The notes under the pieces are model-generated. The model was not told the DNA's origin and ran no database searches. It saw only the letters and a program-made list of their open reading frames with translations. Position numbers and translations under genes: made by a program. Source: Candidatus Saccharimonadia bacterium (GTDB lineage Bacteria; Patescibacteriota; Saccharimonadia; UBA4664). Taken from it: DNA of 64,000 nucleotides. The DNA lies in NCBI GenBank assembly GCA_036488585.1, contig DASXHH010000002.1, positions 12-64,011 on the forward strand, in the 5' to 3' direction. Position 1 is the first letter of the stretch. The number at the start of each line of letters is the position of its first letter. This document shows positions 47,372 through 56,364 of this stretch, in pieces.

Positions 47372-47959
47372 GTGATGGCAGAGCCGGTGCGATGCAGTTG
47401 GGTGGGCGAAGACAAGCTAATGATTCGCTATCACGACGATGAGTGGGGTACGCCCGCACACGATGACCGGAAATTGTTTGAATACATGGTGCTCGATGCT
47501 TTTCAGGCGGGCCTGAGCTGGAGGATTGTGCTGCATAAGCGGCTAGCGTTTGACAGCTCGTTCGTACACTTTGAGCCGTCGACGGTGGTGACGTTTGGAG
47601 AGGCCGAGGTTGAGCGCCTGATGAATGATGCCGGCATTATCCGCAACCGGGCCAAGATAGTGGCTACCATTAACAATGCGGCGCGGGTGCTGGAGATTGT
47701 GCGTGAGTTTGGATCGCTAGACCAGTATTTGTGGGGTTTCGTGGGCGGGAGGACCTTAGATCATGCTTACGAAAATTCTAGCCAAATCGGGGCGACATCG
47801 CCCGAATCAGATGCCATGAGTCGGGATCTGAAGGCCAGGGGATTTAAGTTTATGGGCTCGACCGTGTGTTACGCGTTCATGCAAGGCGCGGGCATGGTGA
47901 ACGACCACTTAGTATCGTGCTTTCGCTATGACGAGCTCACAGGCAGGTCGGCCAGTTAA
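47372..47959 (+). CDS. tag: DNA-3-methyladenine glycosylase I
   Basis: YHDDEWG, FQAGLSW, IIRNRAKI, GMVNDH. Confidence 0.95.
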   Translation: MMAEPVRCSWVGEDKLMIRYHDDEWGTPAHDDRKLFEYMVLDAFQAGLSWRIVLHKRLAFDSSFVHFEPSTVVTFGEAEVERLMNDAGIIRNRAKIVATINNAARVLEIVREFGSLDQYLWGFVGGRTLDHAYENSSQIGATSPESDAMSRDLKARGFKFMGSTVCYAFMQGAGMVNDHLVSCFRYDELTGRSAS

Positions 47960-48696
47960 CGTAGAACCACGGCCGCGGCGATGCGGGCTTCGGGGCGGCC
48001 GGTTTTGAGGGACTGCACGTGCGAGAAATAATTCGGATCGGAACCGGTGTCGATGCCGGGATCGTGAATATGGTCGGCAGGGACGCCGGCAGCGAGCAGT
48101 TGATCACGGTTATAGGACACGTAGTCGACTTGGATCTGACTGGGGCTCACTTCGTGCAAATACGGCTCCCAATCCTTTCCGACTAATTTATAAATGCCTT
48201 GATCGAAGACATATGACTTGGCCCTGACCGCCGGACCAAACGCCACCAGCAGATTCTGAGGTTCGCAATTGAATTCACTTTTTAGCCGATCTACCACCGT
48301 GGTGGCCAGGTGGCGCTTGGTGCTCTCGCGGGCTGCGTGGAGCAAGGCCACTACCCTTTTGGTTGGGTCGTAAATAATGGCGGGCAGACAATCTGCAACG
48401 CAGAGAAACAGCCCTACACCCTTTTGGTTGGTGATGAAGGCGTTGGCCTCGATGCTGCCGTTGACGGCTTGCATGCCAGCACCTCGATCATCTCGGGTGA
48501 CAATATGGATTTTGTCCTCCATCCCCCGCTGCTGAGCACAATCTTCCAAGGATAATCCGAGATGGTCCAAAAATGCTCGGCGATTTTCTAATACCGACTC
48601 GTGAGTACCAAAGCGTAGATCCATGTTGCCGTCGCCTGCGTCTGAATAAGCGTGCACTAAGCCGTCGTGGTTTGCGAGGATGGGAGATACATACAT
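47956..48696 (-). CDS. YfiH/PgeF family (laccase-like, purine nucleoside phosphorylase)
   Basis: VADCLP, ALLHA, FGPAV, YFSH. Confidence 0.85.
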   Translation of the reverse strand: MYVSPILANHDGLVHAYSDAGDGNMDLRFGTHESVLENRRAFLDHLGLSLEDCAQQRGMEDKIHIVTRDDRGAGMQAVNGSIEANAFITNQKGVGLFLCVADCLPAIIYDPTKRVVALLHAARESTKRHLATTVVDRLKSEFNCEPQNLLVAFGPAVRAKSYVFDQGIYKLVGKDWEPYLHEVSPSQIQVDYVSYNRDQLLAAGVPADHIHDPGIDTGSDPNYFSHVQSLKTGRPEARIAAAVVLR

Positions 48697-48942
48697 AGAC
48701 CAATTATACCGCTGCTAGACCTGCACATTTTTTTAGCCAGCGGTAACGGCGGTAATGGTGTTGAAAGCGGCCAGCAAACGACGGAAGCCGGGATCTGCCA
48801 GCTCGTCGTAGGGCAAGGGCACGAGCTTGGCAGCGGGCGTAGGTCCACTCTCGGAGGGTAAGCGGAACGACATGGAGCCCCGGGCGGCGACATACATTTG
48901 GCACTGGAACGAATGAATCGGTGGGTTCACTGATTTTGGCCT

Positions 48943-49563
48943 TTAGTATTTGCGGATCAGGCCGATGACGACGCCTTGGATTTCGATGGGGTCGCCGGCG
49001 GGAACGATAATCGGCTCCATGGCAGAGTTTGAGGGCTGGAGACGGATGTGGTTCTTCTCTTTGTAGTAGCGCTTGAGTGTGGCCTCGCCGCCATTTAGAA
49101 GAGCGATGACCATTTCACCGTTGGAGGGGACGGACTTTTCCATGACAACCACGTAGTCACCCGTGTGGATGCCCTCGTCGATCATTGAATCGCCCTTGAC
49201 CTGCAAAACGTAGGAGTTGCGGCGGCCGACCATGAACGATGGGACCTCGAGGGTCTCGGGATGCAGGCCCAGGGTTTCGATGGGCTGACCGGCGGCTACT
49301 AGGCCCAAAATGGGCAGCGACATGGCCGGAGTGGCATCGACGTGGTCGGCGCGCACAAGCTGGATGGAGCGAGCTTCATTGTCGCCCTTTTGCAGCATGC
49401 CCTTGGCTACCAATGACTCGATGTGCTCTGCCACGGTGGCCACGGAGCCGTAGTTAAAGTGGGCGGCAATCTCGCGGTAGCTGGGTGCATAGCCGTGCAG
49501 CTCGATGAACTGCGTGACGTAATCGAGCACTTCTTTTTGACGTTTGGTTAATGGTTCCGCCAT
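48943..49563 (-). CDS. lexA: SOS repressor LexA
   Basis: LTKRQ..GYAPSYREI, VAAGQP cleavage site, GDSM, ATLKR; GGAGG SD. Confidence 0.95.
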   Translation of the reverse strand: MAEPLTKRQKEVLDYVTQFIELHGYAPSYREIAAHFNYGSVATVAEHIESLVAKGMLQKGDNEARSIQLVRADHVDATPAMSLPILGLVAAGQPIETLGLHPETLEVPSFMVGRRNSYVLQVKGDSMIDEGIHTGDYVVVMEKSVPSNGEMVIALLNGGEATLKRYYKEKNHIRLQPSNSAMEPIIVPAGDPIEIQGVVIGLIRKY

Positions 49564-49591
49564 AGACCCTCCTGGACTTAGTTCGGTTTCC

Positions 49592-49620
49592 ATACTACCG
49601 AACAAATGCCGAAGCGTCAA
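49592..49620 (-). promoter_or_regulatory. lexA promoter with putative LexA box
   Basis: TTGACG-N17-TAGTAT with TTCGG-N6-TTCGG (49598-49613) filling the spacer. Confidence 0.75.
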
Positions 49621-49708
49621 GTACCTGGGCGATTATACCCTTACGTCACGTTAAACTCATCCCCAAAATTTTGCAGGTTCAGCGTAGGTGCTCCCACTCT
49701 CACGGAAA

Positions 49709-51547
49709 TTAGTTGTACTGTTTTTGGACAGGGAAGTTGGTGGATGGCTGGTAGTAGGTATTGATGGTGTCAGTCTTAATGACATTGCCACTTAGATCAA
49801 GGATATCGCGCCAGAAGACGGTGTGGGAGGCCTGAGTGGCGTCGCTTGAGCCAGAAATGAACTGCGGGCCACGGATTTGGCCGTATTTGGTTTTGGTGCC
49901 GAAGAAGTCGAACTTTAGGTCGGTGCCCTGCATGTGGGTTTGGATGAGGATGTAGGCACCAGTGTCGTTGGTGAACTTGAGGTCGACTTCGGGGTAGTAG
50001 ATGGTGGCGTCGACGCCAGGCACACCGTAGGGCGCCGTGTAGTAGCTAACGGCAAAGCTGTGATTGTGGCGCTCGACGATGGGCAGGCCGGCGAGCAACG
50101 CGGCGCGATAGGCGGTGGTGGCCACCTGGCAGAGGCCGCCGCCGTACTGTTTTTCCTCGTGGTTGCCGAGAATGACCAGCTCGGGAACATAGCCTTGAGC
50201 GGGGCCGACGTCGCCGAGGATTTTGCCGAAGCTAAAGGTCTCACCAGGCGCCAGCAAAACGTCGTTGAATCGAGCGGCGCCGACGCGGACGTTGGTGATG
50301 CGAGCGGATGTGGAGCCGGGGAAAGTAGTCTCCCCTTCCGAGAGCAGCTCTTTGATGCCGAGGGAGGCGAGGTTGGTTTCGTTGACGGCGGGAGTGGTAG
50401 TGGTGAGCTTAAGGCTAACATGACGGCCGTCGCCGGTTTTGGTGAGGGCCGACAATATTTGGTTGTCGGCATCGGTTTGGTCGAGTTTAACGCCGGTGTG
50501 GCTAGGACTGACAACGGAGATCTGGCCGTCCTGCATGGCCAATCCAGCGTTTTGCGGGGTCTGGTCAATGCCGCTGGCAAGGTCGGCCACGTAGCTTTTA
50601 ACGGCGGCTGGGCTGAGGCCAAGGCTAGCTGCGGGTGGTGGCGGGTAGAGGTCGTTTAGGTCGTGGGAATCGAGGAATTGGTGGACCGGTTTGGCGCTCA
50701 CTTGGATCCAGGAAATGATAGTGTTTTGATCGATGTCACGATCGACGCCATTATACGAGAGGGTGATGGGGCCGGTCACGTAGTTGTCGATCTGGGGCAC
50801 GGCAGCTTGGAGCGTAGCCGTGTCGAGCTGGGGTGCGAGTTGGTAGACGGGTGCAGTGATGGGGTTGTCGGAGGCGGACGCGAGCCGGGTGTTCACAAGC
50901 TCAACGAGGCGTCCGAAGTCGAGGCGGGAGCCGGATTGGGCGGGCGTAACCTGAGCCTGGTTGTTGTTGAAGCCGAGGCTAGCATCCTGGACCGGCGACA
51001 CTATGTCATCGGCCATGTCGGTAAGGTACGGGGCCAGATGGTCGTCGGGGAACTGAAAATCAGAGAAATCAGTGAACCTGCCAGCTAGAGCGCGGGCCTG
51101 GGCGTGGATCTGGGTTTTGAGGTTACCGGTGCGGCCGAAATTATAGGCGGCCGCGGCAGCTTTGGCGGTGTCGTATTGGACGGACAGACTCGCGATCGGG
51201 ATGCGGAGGGTGGAGTCGCCGTGGGTGATGGTTATGACGCCACCCTGGAAGCCTTGAACCTTGTCGGCAAGCTTGGACGCCGCCTCGGACTTAGTGAGTC
51301 CGCCGAGGTCCACGCCGTCAGCCGTGATACCGGGGTAGATCTTGCCGGCGCACACAAACTCGAAGCTGGCCGTCAGGAGGATGGCTAAGCCTAATAAGCT
51401 GCCGGCGGCACGCAGCCATAGAGGTGAGCGCTGCCAGGCATTATCGGTTTCTGAGGCTTGAGCGGAGGCAGTGTCGTCCTCGAAATCCTCGAGCTCGAGA
51501 GCCTCTTCGGCCTCGGCCGCGACTGGTTTGAGTTTACGCTTTGGCAT
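49709..51547 (-). CDS. VanW family protein with PG_binding_4 repeats
   Basis: GETFSF, GGGLCQVATT, ERHNHS, DATIY..DLKFTN. Confidence 0.9.
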   Translation of the reverse strand: MPKRKLKPVAAEAEEALELEDFEDDTASAQASETDNAWQRSPLWLRAAGSLLGLAILLTASFEFVCAGKIYPGITADGVDLGGLTKSEAASKLADKVQGFQGGVITITHGDSTLRIPIASLSVQYDTAKAAAAAYNFGRTGNLKTQIHAQARALAGRFTDFSDFQFPDDHLAPYLTDMADDIVSPVQDASLGFNNNQAQVTPAQSGSRLDFGRLVELVNTRLASASDNPITAPVYQLAPQLDTATLQAAVPQIDNYVTGPITLSYNGVDRDIDQNTIISWIQVSAKPVHQFLDSHDLNDLYPPPPAASLGLSPAAVKSYVADLASGIDQTPQNAGLAMQDGQISVVSPSHTGVKLDQTDADNQILSALTKTGDGRHVSLKLTTTTPAVNETNLASLGIKELLSEGETTFPGSTSARITNVRVGAARFNDVLLAPGETFSFGKILGDVGPAQGYVPELVILGNHEEKQYGGGLCQVATTAYRAALLAGLPIVERHNHSFAVSYYTAPYGVPGVDATIYYPEVDLKFTNDTGAYILIQTHMQGTDLKFDFFGTKTKYGQIRGPQFISGSSDATQASHTVFWRDILDLSGNVIKTDTINTYYQPSTNFPVQKQYN

Positions 51548-51593
51548 GTAAGCACATTATTACACAAAATGTCTGTATCCTGGGGTCGAAAAA

Positions 51594-53423
51594 TTACTCG
51601 ACGGTGACGGATTTGGCCAGGTTGCGGGGTTGGTCGACGTCGGTGCCGCGTTCAACGGCGATGTAGTAGGCCAGCAGCTGAAGCGGGATGGTAGCCAAAA
51701 TGGGCTGGGTCCATGGCGACGAGTCGGGAATATATATGATGTCGTCACTAAAGGCTTTGAGCGATTCGTCGCCGGCCGTGCCGACAATGATGGGGTTGGC
51801 ACCGCGGGCACGAACTTCTTCGAGATTGGAGCGGGATTTGTCGTAAATGGAATTTTTAGGCATGAGGTACACCACCATAAAATCCGGATCGATTAGGGCG
51901 ATGGGGCCGTGTTTCATTTCACCGCCGGCGTAAGCTTCGGCATGAATATACGAAACTTCCTTGAGCTTGATGGCGCCTTCCATAGCAACCGGATAGAGGG
52001 TATCGCGACCGAGGAAGAAGGCGTTTTCGTAATGAGCGAATTTCTTGGCGATTTTCTTTATATGTTCGCGCGAGTCGAGTACTTTTTGGACCTGGTCAGG
52101 CAGCGCTTCCAAGGCCTGAACAACTTCTTTACCCTCCGTGAGGGACAGCCCCCGACGGCGGCCGATATGCAGGCCGAGGAGCAGCTGAGCAACCACCATG
52201 GCGGTGAGGGCTTTGGTGGAGGCAACTGAAACCTCAGGGCCAGCGTGGAGGTAGATGCCGCCGTCGACTTCACGGGCCAGGCTGGAGCCGACCACATTGA
52301 CGATGCCAAGAGCCGGGATGCCACGGCGCTTAACTTCGCGCAACGAGGCCAAGGTGTCGGCAGTTTCGCCGGACTGGCTGACAAAGAACGAGATAGTGCC
52401 GGGAGTGAGGGCGGCGTCGCGGTAGCGGAATTCGGAGCCAAGCTCGACATCGGTGGGGAGACCGGTGAGGCGTTCGAGCTGATATTTGCCAAGAAGCGTA
52501 CAGATGGAGGCCGACCCGCAGGCGATGCCCAGGAAGCGGGTCTGTTTGCGCAGGGTGTCGTCTGATAGGTTGAGACCGCCGAGGTGACTGGTACCGGCTT
52601 CAGGGTCGAGACGGCCGCGCAGGACATTACGAATGGTCTCGGGCTGCTCCATAATCTCTTTGAGCAAGAAATGGTCGTAGCCGGCCTTTTCGATGGCCTT
52701 GAGCTCGAGGCTAATTTGCTGTTCGTCGTGCTGCTGTTGCTCCTGCTCGAAGTCGATGATTTCGTACTTGCCGGGGGTGCAGATGGCGATCTCGTCGTCT
52801 TCGAGGTAAACCACGCGGTCGGTGTGGCCGATGACGGCAGTGGCATCGGAGGCCAGGAAGATGGCGTCGTCTGAGACCCCGATGAGGAGGGGGCTGCCGC
52901 GGCGGGCGGCCACGATTTTGCCGGGCTCTTGCTCGTCGAGTACCAGCACTGCGAAGGTGCCTTCGACCTCGAGCAAGGCGGAGAGCACAGCGGACTCGAG
53001 CGATTCGGCAGGCTCGCGCTTCGTGGCGATCAGGTGGGCCAGTACTTCGGTGTCAGTGTCGGAGACGAAATGGCGGCCGTGCTTGGATGCCAGATCGGCC
53101 TTGAGCTCGGCGTAGTTTTCGATGATGCCATTGTGGACGATGGTAATGGGGCCGGCCTGATGCGGGTGGGCGTTAAGCTCGCCCGGCGCGCCGTGGGTGG
53201 CCCAGCGGGTATGGCCAATGCCGGTGGTTCCTTTGGGCCTGGCGGTGTCGAGGGCTTTAGTGAGGTTGGCAATTTTACCCGGCCGCTTTACGACGGTGGT
53301 GCGACCACCGTTGAGCAGGGCCACGCCAGCTGAGTCATAGCCACGGTATTCCATGCGGCGCAGGCCGTTTAGTAGTACCGGCAGGGCGTCTTTGGGACCA
53401 ACATATCCAACGATTCCGCACAT
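51594..53423 (-). CDS. glmS: glutamine-fructose-6-phosphate transaminase
   Basis: MCGIVG, EYRGYDSAG, GHTRWATHG, SQSGETAD, PRNLAKSVTVE. Confidence 0.97.
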   Translation of the reverse strand: MCGIVGYVGPKDALPVLLNGLRRMEYRGYDSAGVALLNGGRTTVVKRPGKIANLTKALDTARPKGTTGIGHTRWATHGAPGELNAHPHQAGPITIVHNGIIENYAELKADLASKHGRHFVSDTDTEVLAHLIATKREPAESLESAVLSALLEVEGTFAVLVLDEQEPGKIVAARRGSPLLIGVSDDAIFLASDATAVIGHTDRVVYLEDDEIAICTPGKYEIIDFEQEQQQHDEQQISLELKAIEKAGYDHFLLKEIMEQPETIRNVLRGRLDPEAGTSHLGGLNLSDDTLRKQTRFLGIACGSASICTLLGKYQLERLTGLPTDVELGSEFRYRDAALTPGTISFFVSQSGETADTLASLREVKRRGIPALGIVNVVGSSLAREVDGGIYLHAGPEVSVASTKALTAMVVAQLLLGLHIGRRRGLSLTEGKEVVQALEALPDQVQKVLDSREHIKKIAKKFAHYENAFFLGRDTLYPVAMEGAIKLKEVSYIHAEAYAGGEMKHGPIALIDPDFMVVYLMPKNSIYDKSRSNLEEVRARGANPIIVGTAGDESLKAFSDDIIYIPDSSPWTQPILATIPLQLLAYYIAVERGTDVDQPRNLAKSVTVE

Positions 53424-53435
53424 AGGCCAGGTTTC

Positions 53436-54515
53436 CTACAGGTAAGACTTATTGGCGTCCGTTGCCAAAAGTTTTTGGATATCCTTGATTTTTTCAATCT
53501 TGTTCTTGGGGATCACCAGGAGGACGTCGTCGGTATCTACCACTACTAGGTTCTCGATGCCGGCTACGGCGATGAGCTTGTCCTTGTTGGACGTCTTAAT
53601 GAGTGACTCGGTAGCGTCCACGGTGACCACATTGCCGTCGGCGTAGTTACTGCCGCCGTTGCTAAAGAACTCGTAGAGCGAGCCCCAGGTACCAAAGTCG
53701 ATCCATTTGAATTTGGTGAGGATGATGATCCCCTTACCCATGACATGGCGGGTAACTTCTTCGGTAGGGCCGACGGCCATCTCGGAGTAGATGCGTTCGA
53801 TCTCAGCATCTTCGCCCGGTTTGCCAATGGCCTGCTTCATCTCCATGAGGGCTTCGTACCAGTCGGGACGGTGCTGCTTGTAGGCATCGAGGAACATTTT
53901 GGGATACCAGCAAGTGTGGTTGCAGTGGACGACCACGTGGAAGCTCTCGACCAGCTTCTTGGTCTCGGAGAAGGTGGACTTGCGGCCGATGAACTCGTCG
54001 ACAGAGTAGATCTCCTGGTTGGACTCGTGCTGGACCTTCTCTGACAGTTTGAGGTAGTCGACGCCCATATCAGGTTCGGTCGCCTTAATACCACCAGTGA
54101 CATACTTCTTTTCGCGCTCAACGATCTTCCCTGCGTCCTCTATGAACTGCAGGAACTCCTCTTCGGGCTGGCGGACGTTGTCTGATTGGACGATCATGAA
54201 CGGCTCGTCGGGATGGTGGAGACTGAGCTGCAGGACGGCCAGGCCCTCGGCGGGGCCACGGTCTTTCTTAACATCGGGCTCAATTATGTAGTTGCGCAGC
54301 GGGATCTGGGGCGCCTGTTCGGAAACGTATTTAATAAATTTGCGCTTGGTGGAGACGAAGATATCTTCGGGGGCAAATTTGCGGAGCAATGTCTCGATGT
54401 TATAGGTGAACGGAGATTTGTCTCCGAGAATGGGCTGGAACTGCTTGGGCTTAGATTCGCGGGAGTAGGGCCAGAGCTTGGTCCCCTGTCCACCGGCGAC
54501 AACAATTATCTTCAT
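53436..54515 (-). CDS. manC: mannose-1-phosphate guanylyltransferase
   Basis: AGGQGTKLWPYSR..PKQF, WIDFGTW, VVVDTDDVLLV. Confidence 0.82.
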   Translation of the reverse strand: MKIIVVAGGQGTKLWPYSRESKPKQFQPILGDKSPFTYNIETLLRKFAPEDIFVSTKRKFIKYVSEQAPQIPLRNYIIEPDVKKDRGPAEGLAVLQLSLHHPDEPFMIVQSDNVRQPEEEFLQFIEDAGKIVEREKKYVTGGIKATEPDMGVDYLKLSEKVQHESNQEIYSVDEFIGRKSTFSETKKLVESFHVVVHCNHTCWYPKMFLDAYKQHRPDWYEALMEMKQAIGKPGEDAEIERIYSEMAVGPTEEVTRHVMGKGIIILTKFKWIDFGTWGSLYEFFSNGGSNYADGNVVTVDATESLIKTSNKDKLIAVAGIENLVVVDTDDVLLVIPKNKIEKIKDIQKLLATDANKSYL

Positions 54516-54520
54516 GGCGC

Positions 54521-54910
54521 TTATTGTACTCCATGCTTGGTACGTTGGCGCAACCAAGTGGAGATGTTCGGAACATCAAGATGCTTGGTGGCAACTTCAA
54601 CTGCAAAGTTTTCGATATCGCGAGCTTGGGCGGAGAAAGGCAGGTCGTTCAGGACGAGTAGTGTAATACCGGCCAACATGGCGGTAGGCTTATTTCCATT
54701 GACGAAGGCATGGTCCGCAATCAAACCCCTGATGAGAGCCGCAGCTTTGTCGATAATGGTCGGGTACAGCTCCTCTCCGAAGACGTTCTGAGTCTGCGCG
54801 GCAAGGGCCGCTTCGAGACGACCCAAGTCACGCAGGCCCGCACTACCGCCGGTTGTCTCTATAGCTAAGGCGTGAAGCTCAAGCAATTGCTCCAAGGTGA
54901 GAACGATCAT
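54521..54910 (-). CDS. doc: death-on-curing (Fic/Doc) toxin
   Basis: GLRDLGRLEAAL, LYPTIIDKAAA, HAFVNGNKPTA. Confidence 0.85.
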   Translation of the reverse strand: MIVLTLEQLLELHALAIETTGGSAGLRDLGRLEAALAAQTQNVFGEELYPTIIDKAAALIRGLIADHAFVNGNKPTAMLAGITLLVLNDLPFSAQARDIENFAVEVATKHLDVPNISTWLRQRTKHGVQ

Positions 54911-55128
54911 CTACCGGACAGGTTCTCAAAATCTTGCTTATATTCGGCAAGAATATTTCTGGCAACGCTCAAGACCTTCTGATCCTCAGTAGTAGTGCTG
55001 TGCAATGGACGTACGATTACCTCCACCTCGTCGCCAAAGTTAAGGTTCTGCCTCTTAAGCTCTTTGGCGGGGATAGTTACGCCACCACTTGAGCCAATCT
55101 TGATGATTTTCTGAATGCTTTGAATCAT
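54907..55128 (-). CDS. AbrB/MazE-type antitoxin
   Basis: KIIKIGSSGGVTIP..GDEV; overlaps doc by 4 nt. Confidence 0.85.
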   Translation of the reverse strand: MIQSIQKIIKIGSSGGVTIPAKELKRQNLNFGDEVEVIVRPLHSTTTEDQKVLSVARNILAEYKQDFENLSGR

Positions 55129-55132
55129 GCGC

Positions 55133-55155
55133 GTATTATAACAATGTTATAATAC
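55133..55155. promoter_or_regulatory. palindromic operator overlapping the -10 of the TA operon
   Basis: GTATTATAACA-A-TGTTATAATAC perfect 11-bp inverted repeat. Confidence 0.75.
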
Positions 55156-55513
55156 TGCGGCAATTACCTGTTTCCTTCTGTTGGAAGAAATTCGTTAACA
55201 AAGCCGGCACGGCTGATGTAGTGAGCGTCGTCTGACCCACCAAGGCAACCACCAGGTCTTAGTAAAAGCTAGCGGGATCGCTCGTAACTTGCCCGCGTAT
55301 TTGTCCTAGAGGGCTAGGACACTTTTTGTGCATTTTTAGCCTTAATTATGCAATAATCCTTGCACCTACTTTCTACGAAAAACGGAGTAGGAGGGGTTGG
55401 CACATTAACGTACATCCCCAGCAAAGAAAACAAAACATAACTAATAAACACCGACACCACCACTTAACGCTTCTAATATTTCCTAGCTGCCACTACTGAC
55501 CACATAACTACCA

Positions 55514-56356
55514 ATGAAGCTACCCGTAATAACCCTAAAACAACGAGAAATACTAAAGCTACTTTACAGATACCGGTTCCTTAACCGCATCCAGATTCAG
55601 GCTATGATGCATCACAAAGATTACCGCCGGATTAACGCTTGGCTAAGTGACCTGCGAGAAAAGGGCTACATAGGACGAATTTATTCCACTGATTTTACTG
55701 AGAAAACGAAGCCAGCCATTTGCTATTTAGCCCTCAACGGCATTCGGGAACTGGGTAAGCAAACTACCAAACGCGACGACGGCCAAGAGCACCACGCCTA
55801 CCCAGTACTGGAGTTACGTAAGCGTTACCGGGAATCTAGCCGTTCTGCAGGCTTCGTGGCCCGCTCGGTTCTCATCGCCGAGTGTTGCATGGTTTTGGAG
55901 GCGAAAACCAATCAGGAGACTCGCTACGTCTACATGGTGCCCGTCGACTACGCAAGCGATGACCACAACTTCCACTTTCTGGCTGAAAGTGAGACGGCGA
56001 ACCCGCATCTGTGTTTCATTAAGGAGCAAGGCGCCAAGGGTAGTGGGACTATAGCCAATTATCTCCTGGAAGTCCTTGATGAGACTCTCCCCCGCTACCG
56101 CCTGAAATTCCGAATCAAGCAGTACATTGCTTTCCTGTCAGATGACGAATGGGAGAGCGGCGATAACGATCCACCGCCCATCATATTGCTGGTGTGCGCG
56201 AACAAGACCGACCTGATCTACGCCAAACGGCGAGCCAAAGCCCTGCTCGATAACGATTGGGATACAGATGATGAGGATAGGCCGCATATACGTTTTGCAA
56301 CCACCGCTCAGGTTAAACAAGAGGGTGTTACGGCAAGGATTTGGGAGCAAGCGTAG
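55514..56356 (+). CDS. replication-relaxation family protein
   Basis: N-terminal wHTH (ILKLLYRYRFL..QI...L..L...GYI) and nuclease-like C-terminus (YLLEV). Confidence 0.65.
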   Translation: MKLPVITLKQREILKLLYRYRFLNRIQIQAMMHHKDYRRINAWLSDLREKGYIGRIYSTDFTEKTKPAICYLALNGIRELGKQTTKRDDGQEHHAYPVLELRKRYRESSRSAGFVARSVLIAECCMVLEAKTNQETRYVYMVPVDYASDDHNFHFLAESETANPHLCFIKEQGAKGSGTIANYLLEVLDETLPRYRLKFRIKQYIAFLSDDEWESGDNDPPPIILLVCANKTDLIYAKRRAKALLDNDWDTDDEDRPHIRFATTAQVKQEGVTARIWEQA

Positions 56357-56364
56357 GGGTAATA

